Positions 1-9,912 of a stretch of 64,000 nt of DNA are shown here, one piece after another. This DNA is from Gammaproteobacteria bacterium (GTDB lineage Bacteria; Pseudomonadota; Gammaproteobacteria; Steroidobacterales; PWYM01). Every line of letters starts with the position of its first letter. The first letter of the stretch is position 1. A model generated the notes under the pieces. The model did not search any database and was not told the DNA's origin. It saw nothing but the letters and a program-made list of their open reading frames with translations. The stretch is from NCBI GenBank assembly GCA_007127715.1, contig SKYU01000003.1, forward strand, positions 2,507 to 66,506, read 5' to 3'. The position numbers and the translations under genes are program-made.

Positions 1-741
1 CGCCAGCACCACGAACGCGATGAGCAGGGTTGCCAGGGCATTGACCTTCGGACTGACGCCAAGACGCACACTGGAAAACACCACCATGGGCAGCGTGGTC
101 GCGCCCGGCCCGGTGGTGAAGCTGGCAATCACCAGGTCGTCCAGCGACAGCGTGAATGCCAGCAGCCAGCCGGCGAGCAGGGCTGGGGCGATCACCGGCA
201 GCACCACCTGGACGAAGGCCCGGAACGGCGTCGCGCCAAGATCAAGCGCCGCTTCGTAGAGCGCGCTTTCGAAGCGGGCAAGTCTCGCAGCCACCACCAC
301 GGTCACGAACGCCGTGGCAAAGGTGACATGAGCGATCCACACGGTGACCATGCCGCGCTCGGCCGGCCAGCCGATCAGCTGACCCATGGCGACGAACAGC
401 AGCAGCAGCGAAAGACCCGTGATCACCTCGGGTATGACCAGCGGCGCGGTCACCAGCACGCCGAGCGCGTTTCGGCCGCGAAACGGCCCCAGCCGCGTCA
501 GCGCGACGGCCGCCAGCGTCCCGAGCACCACCGCCGTGGTGGCCGCCATGAAGGCCACCCTCAGGCTGACCCAGAGTGCCGACATCATCTGGCGATCCCG
601 GAACAGTTCCCCGTACCAGCGCGTCGAGAACCCGGCCCACACCGTCACCAGTCGCGATTCGTTGAACGAGTAGATCACCAGCAGCAGCATTGGTGCGTAC
701 AGAAACACGAACACCACGATCATCGCCACGCGCAGCGACAT
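1..741 (-). CDS. Polyamine ABC transporter permease (PotC/PotI-like); C-terminus lies beyond window start
   Basis: Not in the ORF track because it runs off the window. My reverse-strand translation from the ATG at 741 gives MSLRVAMIVVFVFLYAPMLLLVIYSFNESRLVTVWAGFSTRWY...VLPVIAPALLAGWLLAFTLSLDDLVIASF, typical of PotC/PotI. It lies directly downstream of the PotB-like gene. Confidence 0.85.
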   Translation of the reverse strand, partial: MSLRVAMIVVFVFLYAPMLLLVIYSFNESRLVTVWAGFSTRWYGELFRDRQMMSALWVSLRVAFMAATTAVVLGTLAAVALTRLGPFRGRNALGVLVTAPLVIPEVITGLSLLLLFVAMGQLIGWPAERGMVTVWIAHVTFATAFVTVVVAARLARFESALYEAALDLGATPFRAFVQVVLPVIAPALLAGWLLAFTLSLDDLVIASFTTGPGATTLPMVVFSSVRLGVSPKVNALATLLIAFVVLA

Positions 742-758
742 CGAAAGTCCGCGCCCCG

Positions 759-1652
759 TCAACGCTCCAGCTCCAGGCTGCGCGACTGCTGATGATGGAA
801 CAGCCACAACGGTGCCAGCAGAACGGCCAGCAGCACGACCGCCACGGCGGCGGCCAGAGGCCAGGCGCGGTTGTTGAAGAACTCCTGCCAGAGCACCCGA
901 CCGATCATCAGCGTATCCGCCCCACCAAGCAGTTCAGGAATCACGAACTCGCCGATGGCAGGGATGAACACCAGCATGGACCCGGCGATGATGCCACCGG
1001 TGGCCAGCGGCAACACGACGCGCAGAAAGACCGTGGGCGCCGTCGCGCCGAGATCCGCCGCCGCCTCGAGCAGCGCGGGATCGATACGCACCAGCGTGGC
1101 ATACAGCGGCAGCACCATGAACGGCAGGTAGGCGTAGACGATGCCGACGTACACGGCGAAATCCGTACGCAGCATGACCAGGGGCTGATCGATCAGCCCG
1201 AGGGCCAACAGCATGTTGTTGATCACCCCGGTGTTGCCGAGGATGCCCATCCAGGCGTAGACGCGGATGAGCAACGAGGTCCAGGAGGGGATGATGACCA
1301 GCAGCAACAGGATGCCCTGCCACCGCGGCGCTGCCCGCGCGAGCCCCAGCGCCAGTGGAAAGCCCACCAGCAGACACAACACCGTCGATACCGTGGCGAT
1401 CCTGAGCGAGCTCAGGTAGGCGGAGAGATAAAGAGTGTCGCTGACCAGCAGCCTGAAGTGCTCGAAGGTGGCACTCAGCCATTGCCCCTCCACCCCGAAC
1501 CAGGGCTGGACAGGCGGGATGGCGACTGCAGCCTCCGACAGGCTGATCTTGAGAACGATACCGAAGGGCAGCAGGAAGAACAGCGACAGCCACACCAGCG
1601 GTATCCCGATCACCAGCCAACGGCCCCACGGACGCGCAGGCGTCTCCGGCAT
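759..1652 (-). CDS. Polyamine ABC transporter permease (PotB/PotH-like)
   Basis: ORF 759..1703. The likely start is MPETPARPWGRWLVIG at 1652, overlapping the upstream stop (TGATG). Multi-TM protein with the EAA-type loop LEAAADLGATAPTVF. Confidence 0.9.
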   Translation of the reverse strand: MPETPARPWGRWLVIGIPLVWLSLFFLLPFGIVLKISLSEAAVAIPPVQPWFGVEGQWLSATFEHFRLLVSDTLYLSAYLSSLRIATVSTVLCLLVGFPLALGLARAAPRWQGILLLLVIIPSWTSLLIRVYAWMGILGNTGVINNMLLALGLIDQPLVMLRTDFAVYVGIVYAYLPFMVLPLYATLVRIDPALLEAAADLGATAPTVFLRVVLPLATGGIIAGSMLVFIPAIGEFVIPELLGGADTLMIGRVLWQEFFNNRAWPLAAAVAVVLLAVLLAPLWLFHHQQSRSLELER

Positions 1653-2716
1653 CACGATGTCTCTTCCAGCACGACCGCATCTTCCGGCCACCAGTCGAGC
1701 CATACCGCGGTGCCCGGTGGCGGTGTCTTCTGGGCACTGCCGCTCACGATGACCGAGAGTCGCGGCAGCCCGGGCACCTCGATCTCCAGTACCCGGTGGG
1801 CCCCCATGTAATCGATGCCGACCAGCGTTCCGGCCAATGCCTGCCCATGCGCGGGCGGCGCGAGATGCAGATCGATGTCCTCCGGGCGCACGGCCACGGT
1901 GATGCGCGCACCCGGGGCCGCGCCTGCCGTCGGCAGCAGCCGGTCTCCCAGACGGACCCGGTCGGCCGACTCGGCCACCCCGTCAAGAAGGTTCACGGGG
2001 CCGAGGAACTCGGCGGCGAACCGCGTTCGCGGACGATCGTAAACCGCCTCCGGGCTGCCGACCTGGACCAGCCGTCCCTGCTGCATCAGGCCGATCCGGT
2101 CGGCCATGGTCATCGCCTCGTCGCGATCATGGGTCACGATCACGCAGGTGATCTCGATGCTGCGCAGAATCTCCCGGAGTTCCCGCTGCATCTCTACCCG
2201 CAGCTGGCGGTCGAGTGCCGCCATCGGCTCATCGAGCAGCAGCAGCTTCGGGGCACGCGCGAGGCTTCGCGCCAGGGCCACGCGCTGCTGCTGACCACCG
2301 GAGAGCTGCTGCGGGCGACGCGCCGCGTAATCGCTCATCCGAACGAGCGCAAGCATCTCCTCGACACGCGCGCGCAGGCGTGCGGTCTCCATGCCGAGCT
2401 GCCGCAGACCGAACGCCACGTTATCCGCGACAGTGAGGTGCGGAAACAGCGCGTAGGCCTGGAACATCATGTTGACGGGACGCCTGTGGGCGGGCTGGGC
2501 GTTCAGCAGTTCGCCGTCCAGATGGATGGTGCCGGCATCGATGCCTTCCAGCCCAGCGAGCATCCGCAGCAGCGTGGACTTGCCACACCCCGACGGGCCC
2601 AGTAGCGCGAAGATCTCGCTGCGACCGATGTCGAGGTCCACGACATCCACGGCGTTCACCGTCCCGTAGCGCCGCTCGAGCCCCCGAAGCGACAGAAACC
2701 CGGGTGTGCCACTCAT
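1652..2716 (-). CDS. Polyamine ABC transporter ATP-binding protein (PotA/PotG-like)
   Basis: Walker A GPSGCGKST, ABC signature LSGGQQQRVALAR, Walker B LLLLDEP, and a C-terminal TOBE-like regulatory domain. Confidence 0.93.
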   Translation of the reverse strand: MSGTPGFLSLRGLERRYGTVNAVDVVDLDIGRSEIFALLGPSGCGKSTLLRMLAGLEGIDAGTIHLDGELLNAQPAHRRPVNMMFQAYALFPHLTVADNVAFGLRQLGMETARLRARVEEMLALVRMSDYAARRPQQLSGGQQQRVALARSLARAPKLLLLDEPMAALDRQLRVEMQRELREILRSIEITCVIVTHDRDEAMTMADRIGLMQQGRLVQVGSPEAVYDRPRTRFAAEFLGPVNLLDGVAESADRVRLGDRLLPTAGAAPGARITVAVRPEDIDLHLAPPAHGQALAGTLVGIDYMGAHRVLEIEVPGLPRLSVIVSGSAQKTPPPGTAVWLDWWPEDAVVLEETS

Positions 2717-2756
2717 GCCGTGGCGGCGATCGGCGACGCGCCGGCCACGACGGTCA

Positions 2757-3872
2757 TCATCGACGCGTCTTGATCTCGGTCCACACGCGGGTCATCACGC
2801 GATCGAGCGCGGGCTCACGGGCCTCGACGGCAAACAGCCGCGCGCGGACCTCGGCGGGAGGATAGATCCCGGGATGGTCACGCACCTCGTCGACCAGCAG
2901 TGGCGTCGCCGCGAGATTGGGGTTGGCATAGAAGACCTCGTTGCTGATCTCGGCGATCACCTCCGGCTGAAGCACGAAGTCGATGAAGGCGTGGGCTCCC
3001 TCCACGTTGGCGGCATCCCGGGGAATGGCCAGCAGATCAAACCAGACGCTGCTGCCCTCGGTGGGCACGACATACTCGATCTCGATACCGCGACCGGCCT
3101 CCGCCGCGCGATCTGCGGCCTGCAGGATGTCGCCGGACCAGCCAAGGGCCACGCAGATCTCTCCGTTGGCGAGGTCGTTGATGTATTGCGAGGAATGGAA
3201 ATAGCGGATGTACGGCCGGATCGCCATGAAGGCCTCGCGCACCGGCCCCTGGTAATCGGTCGGTGCCCGCGAATTCGGGTCGAGACCGAGATAGTTCAGT
3301 ACCAGCGGGAACACCTCCGCCGCGGAATCGAGCATGGCAACGCCGCAGTCCGCAAGTCGCTCGATATTTTCGGGCACGAACAGAAGGTCGAGGCTGTCCG
3401 TCGGAGCGCCTTCCGGAAACCGCGCCTCGATCTGCGCCACGTTCACGCCGATACCGGTCGTTCCCCACAGGTAGGGCACGCCGTAGGCGTTACCGGGGTC
3501 GACCGTCCGCAGAAAGCTCAGCAGTTCGGGGTCGAGGTTGTCGTAGTTCGCCAGGCGCTCGCGGGAAAGTGGCTGCAGCGCGCCCGCGCCGATCAGCCGC
3601 GCGATGGCATCGCTGCTCGGCACCACCACGTCGTACCCGCTCGCCCCGGACAGCAGCCGTGCCTCGAGCACTTCCTGGCTGTCGAACACATCATAGACGC
3701 TTCGCAGCCCCGTCTCGGCGTTGAAGCGGGACAGCGTATCGGCGGCGATGTAATCGGACCAGTTGAAGATGCGCACGGTCTCCGCACGCCGCTCCGGCGT
3801 CTCGCCTCCACCGCAGGCAGCAAGGGCCACGCCACAGGCGATCAGGGCCGTCATCCGGCGAAGCATCATCAT
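2757..3872 (-). CDS. Periplasmic polyamine-binding lipoprotein (PotF/PotD family)
   Basis: Signal/lipobox LIACGVALAAC. RIFNWSDYI and YLWGTTGIG blocks are typical of the PotD/PotF family. First gene of the pot-like operon. Confidence 0.9.
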   Translation of the reverse strand: MMMLRRMTALIACGVALAACGGGETPERRAETVRIFNWSDYIAADTLSRFNAETGLRSVYDVFDSQEVLEARLLSGASGYDVVVPSSDAIARLIGAGALQPLSRERLANYDNLDPELLSFLRTVDPGNAYGVPYLWGTTGIGVNVAQIEARFPEGAPTDSLDLLFVPENIERLADCGVAMLDSAAEVFPLVLNYLGLDPNSRAPTDYQGPVREAFMAIRPYIRYFHSSQYINDLANGEICVALGWSGDILQAADRAAEAGRGIEIEYVVPTEGSSVWFDLLAIPRDAANVEGAHAFIDFVLQPEVIAEISNEVFYANPNLAATPLLVDEVRDHPGIYPPAEVRARLFAVEAREPALDRVMTRVWTEIKTRR

Positions 3873-4015
3873 GGTGGCGTCTCCTGGCGCGCGATCGGCG
3901 CACGGCGCGCCAATGATGCGAAGTGGGGGGCGGCAGCGTCAACTCCGGTGTGGTTTGACCCGGCAGCCGCGGCGCGAGACTGGCAACACCGCACGGCGCC
4001 CGGCACAATCACACA

Positions 4016-5734
4016 ATGCGCAAGGAGGCTCGCGAAGCGCCGGTCAGCCTGCTGCCGGCCTGGCTCAGCGGCGGGCCAGTGGCCCTGTCGACCATCGGCC
4101 TGATCGTCGGAACCCTGTTCTTTGCCGCCTCGCTGTCCCCCAGCCTGGTCCCGCGTACCTGGACCATGCAGGGTGTGCTCTCGGGCCTGTCTCTGGCGGC
4201 GGGCTATGGCACGGGCGTGGCGCTGCGCTGGTGCTGGTCCTATCTCGAGCTGCCCGTGCCCTCGCGGCGGGTACAGCGGGTGCTGCTGGCGCTGGCTGCC
4301 GTGGCCTGCCTGGCGGTGGCGGTGATCTTTCTGCGCCAGGCGTCGGACTGGCAGAACTCCATCCGCGTACTCATGGACATGGAGACGGTGGATACGGCAC
4401 GCCCGTTCCGCGTGGCGCTGCTGGCACTGCCGCTGTTTGCAGCGATCCTGATGTTCTCGCGTGCTTTCCTGTTCACCTTCCGCGTCATCTCGGCCAGGCT
4501 CCACCGCCACATCCCACGGCGAATCTCTCACGGCCTGGGCGTCGTACTCGCGGTCGCGCTGTTCTGGTCAGTGATCGACGGGGTCCTGCTGGCCGCCCTG
4601 ATGCGTGGACTGGACACCTCGTTCCAGCAGTTCGACGCCCTCATGGAACCGGAGGTCGCCGCACCGGACGACCCGACACGCACCGGCAGCGCGGCCTCGC
4701 TGGTCGACTGGAACACGCTCGGGCGTACCGGGCGGAACTTCGTCTCCTCGGGGCCGGGTCTCGACACCCTCCGCGCCTTTCATGGCGAGGGCGTCCTGAA
4801 ACCCATCCGCGTCTACGTGGGCCTCAACTCGGCCGAGGACATCCGCGCGCGCGCGCGGCTGGCTGTCGACGAGCTCGAGCGGACGGGCGCCTTCGAGCGC
4901 GCCGTGCTGGTGATCGCCACGCCGACCGGCACTGGCTGGCTCGACCCCTCGGCGATCGACACCCTGGAGTTCCTTCACCGCGGTGACGTCGCCACTGTCG
5001 CCCTGCAGTACTCCTATCTGCCCAGCTGGCTGTCGCTGCTGTCGGAGGAGGAATACGGCGCGGAGAGCGCGCGGGCACTGTTCGAGGCGGTGTATGGCCG
5101 CTGGACACAGTTGCCTCGCGACGCCCGACCACGGCTGTACCTGCACGGTCTGAGCCTCGGCGCACTGAACTCGGAGCGCTCGGCCGACCTGTTCGACGTG
5201 ATCGCCGATCCGTTCCACGGCGCGCTGTGGAGTGGACCGCCGTTCCGCAGCCAGGCCTGGCGCACCATCACGGCCAGCCGTGAGCCCGATTCGCCTGCCT
5301 GGCTGCCGCGATTCCGGGACAGCTCGATCGTTCGGTTCACGAACCAGTACAACACCCTGGAGGTGCCGGGCGCACGCTGGGGGCCGATCCGTATCGTCTA
5401 CCTGCAGTACGCCAGCGACCCGGTGACCTTCTTCGAGCCCCAGGCGTTCTACCGACAACCCGAATGGATGGCGCCGCCACGCGGGCCGGATGTCTCCGAC
5501 AGTCTGCGCTGGTATCCCGTCGTCACGATGCTGCAGCTGGCGATCGACGTCGCGGCAGCCGACGAGGCGCCAATGGGCTTCGGGCATATCTACGCCCCTG
5601 AGCACTACATCGACGCCTGGCTGGCAGTCACCGATCCGCCGGACTGGAGCCCGGCAGATATCGCACGCCTGAAAGCCTGGTTCCGCACCCGGAGCGACCG
5701 TGCCCCGCCTGACACGCCGGTTTCACGCCCGTGA
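4016..5734 (+). CDS. Membrane-anchored alpha/beta-hydrolase family protein (Abhydrolase_9-like)
   Basis: Four to five N-terminal TM helices followed by a hydrolase domain with the nucleophile elbow LHGLSLGA. The architecture recalls the bacterial Abhydrolase_9 family. Confidence 0.7.
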   Translation: MRKEAREAPVSLLPAWLSGGPVALSTIGLIVGTLFFAASLSPSLVPRTWTMQGVLSGLSLAAGYGTGVALRWCWSYLELPVPSRRVQRVLLALAAVACLAVAVIFLRQASDWQNSIRVLMDMETVDTARPFRVALLALPLFAAILMFSRAFLFTFRVISARLHRHIPRRISHGLGVVLAVALFWSVIDGVLLAALMRGLDTSFQQFDALMEPEVAAPDDPTRTGSAASLVDWNTLGRTGRNFVSSGPGLDTLRAFHGEGVLKPIRVYVGLNSAEDIRARARLAVDELERTGAFERAVLVIATPTGTGWLDPSAIDTLEFLHRGDVATVALQYSYLPSWLSLLSEEEYGAESARALFEAVYGRWTQLPRDARPRLYLHGLSLGALNSERSADLFDVIADPFHGALWSGPPFRSQAWRTITASREPDSPAWLPRFRDSSIVRFTNQYNTLEVPGARWGPIRIVYLQYASDPVTFFEPQAFYRQPEWMAPPRGPDVSDSLRWYPVVTMLQLAIDVAAADEAPMGFGHIYAPEHYIDAWLAVTDPPDWSPADIARLKAWFRTRSDRAPPDTPVSRP

Positions 5735-6308
5735 TCCAGTGACCCTGGCCCGTGCCCTGCTGGGGCAGGTGCTGGTGCGTGTGCTCGATGATGGCGAACG
5801 CCTGGCCGGGCGCATCGTCGAAACCGAAGCCTACCTGGGCGTCATCGACCGCGCCGCCCATACCTACGGCGGGAGGCGCACACCCCGCACCGAATCCATG
5901 TGGGGCCCTGCCGGGCATGCCTATATCTATTTCCTCTACGGCATGCATCACTGCGTGAATGTGGTCGCCCAGGGACCGGGCGAGCCCACGGCGGTGCTGA
6001 TCCGCGCGCTGGAGCCGCTGGAAGGCCTCGAGCGCATGCGCGCGCACCGCGCGGGACGACGTCCGAAGGCACGGCTGCGAGACACCGATCTGTGTTCCGG
6101 CCCGGCCAAGCTGGCCCAGGCCCTGGCCCTCGACCGGCGCCTGGACGGCACGGACCTCGTCGAAGGCGAGCACCTGTTCATCGAGCGCGGGCGACGGGTG
6201 CCGGCCGGCAATATCGTGACCGGTCCGAGAATCGGCATCGCCTACGCGGGCGACTGGGCACTAAGGCCGCTGCGTTTTCACATGCACGGCAACCCCCATG
6301 TGAGCTGA
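5700..6308 (+). CDS. DNA-3-methyladenine glycosylase (AAG/MPG family)
   Basis: VTLARALLGQVLVR...IVETEAYLG..D.AAHTYGGRRTPRTESMWGPAGHAYIYFLYGMHHCVNVV is the hallmark of the family. GTG start overlapping the upstream gene's end. Confidence 0.9.
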   Translation: MPRLTRRFHARDPVTLARALLGQVLVRVLDDGERLAGRIVETEAYLGVIDRAAHTYGGRRTPRTESMWGPAGHAYIYFLYGMHHCVNVVAQGPGEPTAVLIRALEPLEGLERMRAHRAGRRPKARLRDTDLCSGPAKLAQALALDRRLDGTDLVEGEHLFIERGRRVPAGNIVTGPRIGIAYAGDWALRPLRFHMHGNPHVS

Positions 6309-7274
6309 GGGCCCGGGCGACGGGCGGCCAGCCGCTGCACTTTGCGAACCGCCGAGCGACTCGTCACAGGTGAGGGCGTCGGAGGCCGGACCTTCGTGCG
6401 TCGCACCGGTGACCCTGGCAATGAAGCGCGCGACATCCTCGTCGCTTCGCCCGGCAAACGACAGTGGCGGTGCCAGCGCCGCGGCAATGCGCATGTGCCC
6501 CACGCCAGGATAGACGATCACTTCGGCCGAGCTGCCGGCCGCACACAGCCCGGCGTGCAGCGCCAGGCTGTTCGCGGCTTCCACCACGCGGTCGCTCTCG
6601 CCGTGCAGCAGCAGCGCGGGCGGGGCGTCATCGCGGACGAAATTCATCGGTTGACTGTCGCCCTGTGCCTGGTCGCCCGCGAAGATCTCCGCCAGCCGGC
6701 CACGGTCGATGTCGAAGCGGTAGGGCCCGGCAAGCCCTATGAAGCCACGCGGCACCGCCCGGGTAACGCCCCGTGACTGCAGGTAGCGTTCATCCAGGGC
6801 GAGCAGTGCGGCGATATGGGCTCCTGCGGAGTGGCCCATGACGATCACGCGGGTGGGATCACCGCCGAAGGCCTCGACGTGCCGCTCGATCCAGGCCAGC
6901 ACCTCGGCCCCGTCTTCGACGAAACCCGGAAAGCGCACCTCAGGATAGACGCGGTAATCGGGTACCACGGCCACCACGCCGAGATCGGCCAGATAACTGC
7001 CGACAAAGGCGTACTTGTCGCGGTCTCCACGCTGCCACGCGCCACCGTAGAAAAACACCACCACGGGCGCGGCACCGGCGCCAGTGCGCCCCTGGGGACG
7101 ATAGACATCGAGCCGCTGGCGGGGATCTTCTCCGTAGGCGATGTCCGAGGCGCGTTCGAGGTGGGCGGTCGGGCTCAGGCTGGAGACCAGGCGTGTGGGG
7201 CTGCAGCCGGCCACCAGCACCGTGACGACGGCCAGCGTGCCGACGAGCGTGGCCCGGGCGCCGGATCCCGCCAT
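6261..7274 (-). CDS. Secreted/lipoprotein alpha/beta hydrolase (esterase/lipase, Abhydrolase_3-like)
   Basis: ORF 6261..7319. The start is chosen at MAGSGARATLVGTLAVVTVLVAGCS (lipobox). Oxyanion-type FFYGGAW and the GxSxG motif MGHSAGAH are present. The C-terminal tail overlaps the convergent glycosylase gene by 48 nt. Confidence 0.85.
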   Translation of the reverse strand: MAGSGARATLVGTLAVVTVLVAGCSPTRLVSSLSPTAHLERASDIAYGEDPRQRLDVYRPQGRTGAGAAPVVVFFYGGAWQRGDRDKYAFVGSYLADLGVVAVVPDYRVYPEVRFPGFVEDGAEVLAWIERHVEAFGGDPTRVIVMGHSAGAHIAALLALDERYLQSRGVTRAVPRGFIGLAGPYRFDIDRGRLAEIFAGDQAQGDSQPMNFVRDDAPPALLLHGESDRVVEAANSLALHAGLCAAGSSAEVIVYPGVGHMRIAAALAPPLSFAGRSDEDVARFIARVTGATHEGPASDALTCDESLGGSQSAAAGRPSPGPSAHMGVAVHVKTQRP

Positions 7275-7278
7275 GGTC

Positions 7279-7881
7279 TTACAGCCGACCCCTGATGCTG
7301 CGGATGGCACGGCCAACAAAGGGAAGATGTTCGAAGAAGTTGCCGCCGGAGTCCCAGAAGTCCTTGTGAATCAGCAGACGTCCCTGCTCGTCGAACCGGA
7401 ACTGTGACATGCCGTAGGACACCAGAGGCGCGTCGGACAGTCGCGGTGCCTCGATGGTCATGCGCCAGCGCACGTAGACGTCCTTGTCGGTCGCCGCGTA
7501 GGAGAGGAACTCCACCCGTACCGCGTCGGTGTTGCCGGCGGTGGCGTAGAAATACTCCTCGATGGCCTCGACACCGGTGATCACCTTGAGGGTGTCATTG
7601 AGGTAGCCGTCCGGCGCATAGGTCTCGCGGGTGAGCTCGCGCACCGACGTCTGGGTGATGTCGCTGAAGTAGGTTTCGGCGCGGTTCATCCACGCCGCCA
7701 GACGTTCCGGATCCTGCTCGAGGTTGCCGACCGCGCGTCCCTCAGTGGCCGCCAGGGCCTGCTCGTAGCTGGCGATCAACTCGGCGCTGCTGACGCCAGG
7801 GCCGGCACATCCGGCCAACCCGCCGCACAGCAGGGCCAGCATGCCGACCGCCACCAATCCCGTCCCGCGTCTCACCTGCAT
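7279..7881 (-). CDS. NTF2-like (SnoaL-type) lipoprotein
   Basis: Lipobox LLCGGLAGCAG. Size and pattern are of the SnoaL/NTF2 fold (YFYATAGNTDAVRVEFLSY...VRWRMTIE). No function can be assigned. Confidence 0.55.
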   Translation of the reverse strand: MQVRRGTGLVAVGMLALLCGGLAGCAGPGVSSAELIASYEQALAATEGRAVGNLEQDPERLAAWMNRAETYFSDITQTSVRELTRETYAPDGYLNDTLKVITGVEAIEEYFYATAGNTDAVRVEFLSYAATDKDVYVRWRMTIEAPRLSDAPLVSYGMSQFRFDEQGRLLIHKDFWDSGGNFFEHLPFVGRAIRSIRGRL

Positions 7882-7955
7882 GTTGCTCCCCTCGCGTGAC
7901 CACGCACGCGTCGTTCTGTTATGGTCCGGACATTCAGTGATGACCGGGAGTTTTC

Positions 7956-8147
7956 ATGGGCCTCGAAATCGGCGGCTTCTTCGGCCTGCTCTGGCTGATT
8001 CTAGTCATCTACGCCATCGTCAAGACCATAGACAGTGGCGCAGGCACGGGCGCGAAGGTGCTGTGGATCGTCGTGATCCTGCTGCTGCCATTTTTCGGTG
8101 TCATCCTGTGGCTGCTGTTCGGACCCAAGCGTCGCCGGGTGCTCTGA
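7956..8147 (+). CDS. PLD nuclease N-terminal (PLDc_N) domain small membrane protein
   Basis: 63 aa with two TM helices. KVLWIVVILLLPFFGVILWLLFGP is the typical PLDc_N signature. Confidence 0.7.
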   Translation: MGLEIGGFFGLLWLILVIYAIVKTIDSGAGTGAKVLWIVVILLLPFFGVILWLLFGPKRRRVL

Positions 8148-8172
8148 GCACGAAAGCCACTGCAGACATGCA

Positions 8173-8202
8173 CGCGGGTCGGCCTTTCAGGACCGACCCG
8201 CG
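8173..8202. terminator. Bidirectional stem-loop between convergent genes
   Basis: CGCGGGTCGG-N10-CCGACCCGCG, a perfect 10-bp stem, lies between the stop at 8147 (+) and the stop at 8221 (-). Confidence 0.6.
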
Positions 8203-8220
8203 GCAGTCCACTTCTGAAGT

Positions 8221-8730
8221 TTACGGCAGGATCACCTGGTCGATCACGTGAATCACGCCGTTGCTGGCCTCGACGTCAGCCTGGATGACCGTTGCGCCGT
8301 CGATCTTCACCGCGCCATCCTCGACCGCAATGGTCACGCTGGCGCCGTTGACCGTCTCAGCCGAGGTCAGGTTGACGACGTCCGCCGCCATCACCTTGCC
8401 GGGCACCACGTGGTAGGTGAGCACTGCCACCAGCTGCTCGCGGTTCTCAGGCTGCAGCAGGCTCTCCACCGTGCCTTCCGGCAATGCCGCGAAGGCCTCG
8501 TCGGTCGGTGCGAACACCGTGAACGGACCTTCGCCCTGCAGGGTCTCCACCAGGCCGGCGGCCTGTACGGCAGCCACCAGGGTCTCGAAGACACCCGCGC
8601 CGACCGCCGTCTCGACGATATCCGGACCGTGGTCGGCGCCGTGGTCGTCAGTGCCGTAGGCCTGCGCTACCGGGCTGCCGGCCAGCATCACCAGCGCCGC
8701 AAAGGTCGTTACAGCCGTCATGATCTTCAT
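8221..8730 (-). CDS. Secreted fasciclin (FAS1) domain protein
   Basis: ORF 8221..9063. The realistic start is [24 protein letters not shown] (signal peptide). FAS1 motifs: [15 protein letters not shown] and [11 protein letters not shown]. Confidence 0.9.
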   Translation of the reverse strand: MKIMTAVTTFAALVMLAGSPVAQAYGTDDHGADHGPDIVETAVGAGVFETLVAAVQAAGLVETLQGEGPFTVFAPTDEAFAALPEGTVESLLQPENREQLVAVLTYHVVPGKVMAADVVNLTSAETVNGASVTIAVEDGAVKIDGATVIQADVEASNGVIHVIDQVILP

Positions 8731-8831
8731 ATGCCGCATCTCCATGTGGATTGGGTTGATGTTCAGGGCACGCCATCCGCTGGCGTCTCCCTTCACTACG
8801 CGCGCGGGGCGCGGACGGATGCAGCGTGGAT

Positions 8832-9833
8832 TCAGCGGGCCCAGTCGGGCGCCGGCCCCAGGCGATCGCGATCGTGCGGCCGGTCGAGAGCGAGCACCGG
8901 TCCGCGGGGCACGACCCGCGTCGGGTTGATCATGTCGTGACTGTAGTAGTAGTGGGTCTTGATGTGGTCCATGTTGACCGTGTCGGCCACCCCGGGAAGC
9001 TGATAGAGATCGCGCAGGTAGTTCGACAGCGCAGGGTAGTCCTCGATGCGCTGGCGATTGCACTTGAAGTGGCCGACGTACACCGCATCGAAGCGGACCA
9101 GGGTGGTGAACAGGCGCCAGTCGGCCTCGGTGAGGATATCCCCCACGAGGTAGCGCTGTACGGCAAGCCGAGCCTCGATGCGGTCAAGCGCGGCAAACAG
9201 CGCCTCGAAAGCCCGCTCGTAGGCCGACTGCGTAGTGGCGAAACCGCTGCGGTAGACCCCGTTGTTGATGTTCTCGTACACGAAGGCGTTGATCTCGTCG
9301 ATCCGGGCGCGCAGCGGCTCGGGATAGAAATCGAGCCGGTTGCCCGTCAAACCGTCGAACGACGAGTTGAACATGCGGATGATGTCGGCAGATTCGTTGC
9401 TGACGATGGTGTCGCGCTCACGATCCCAGAGTACCGGCACGGTGACCCGGCCGGTGTAGTCGGCGCGGGCGCGCTGGTATAGCTGGTAGAGATGTTTCAC
9501 GCCATGCAGGGGGTCGAGATTGCCGGGGAAGCTGCCCGAAAACGTCCAGCCGTTCTCGAGCATCTCCGCGTCGACCACGGACACGCCGACATGCGGCTCC
9601 AGCCCCTTCAGGCGGCGGAAAATCAGCGTGCGGTGGGCCCAGGGGCAGGCCAGCGAAACGATCAGGTGATAACGTCCGGACGCCGCAGGCCACGTCTGCG
9701 CATCCGCCGGACCAACGCCGTCGGGCGAGACCACCCAGTCCCGAAATCCGGCATCCTCGCGCTGGAACTCACCTTCCGTCGTCTCGGTGTCGTACCAGTC
9801 GGTGTGCCACTCGCCCCGTCTCAGCAAACCCAT
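8832..9833 (-). CDS. yqjG: Glutathionyl-hydroquinone reductase (Xi-class GST, YqjG/ECM4 family)
   Basis: Start chosen at [15 protein letters not shown] (333 aa). The diagnostic Xi-class motif [19 protein letters not shown] (CPWA) is present. Upstream residues in the ORF track arise from an absence of stops. Confidence 0.88.
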   Translation of the reverse strand: MGLLRRGEWHTDWYDTETTEGEFQREDAGFRDWVVSPDGVGPADAQTWPAASGRYHLIVSLACPWAHRTLIFRRLKGLEPHVGVSVVDAEMLENGWTFSGSFPGNLDPLHGVKHLYQLYQRARADYTGRVTVPVLWDRERDTIVSNESADIIRMFNSSFDGLTGNRLDFYPEPLRARIDEINAFVYENINNGVYRSGFATTQSAYERAFEALFAALDRIEARLAVQRYLVGDILTEADWRLFTTLVRFDAVYVGHFKCNRQRIEDYPALSNYLRDLYQLPGVADTVNMDHIKTHYYYSHDMINPTRVVPRGPVLALDRPHDRDRLGPAPDWAR

Positions 9834-9912
9834 GTCAGTAAATCCATACCAGTAAACCCATGTCGGCACATCCATATCAAGAACCGCGAATTCCCCGCGC
9901 GGCAGACCCAGT

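Noticed and set aside
690-1811. 373-aa plus-strand ORF and other plus-strand ORFs across 20..4103
   Set aside because: They are antisense to the pot-like ABC transporter genes, which have unambiguous Walker, signature and permease motifs.
6261-6308. 48-nt convergent overlap of the esterase and DNA glycosylase genes as a regulatory feature
   Set aside because: The most likely explanation is that the esterase frame simply lacks an earlier stop. The extra C-terminal residues are low-complexity. There is no evidence of function.
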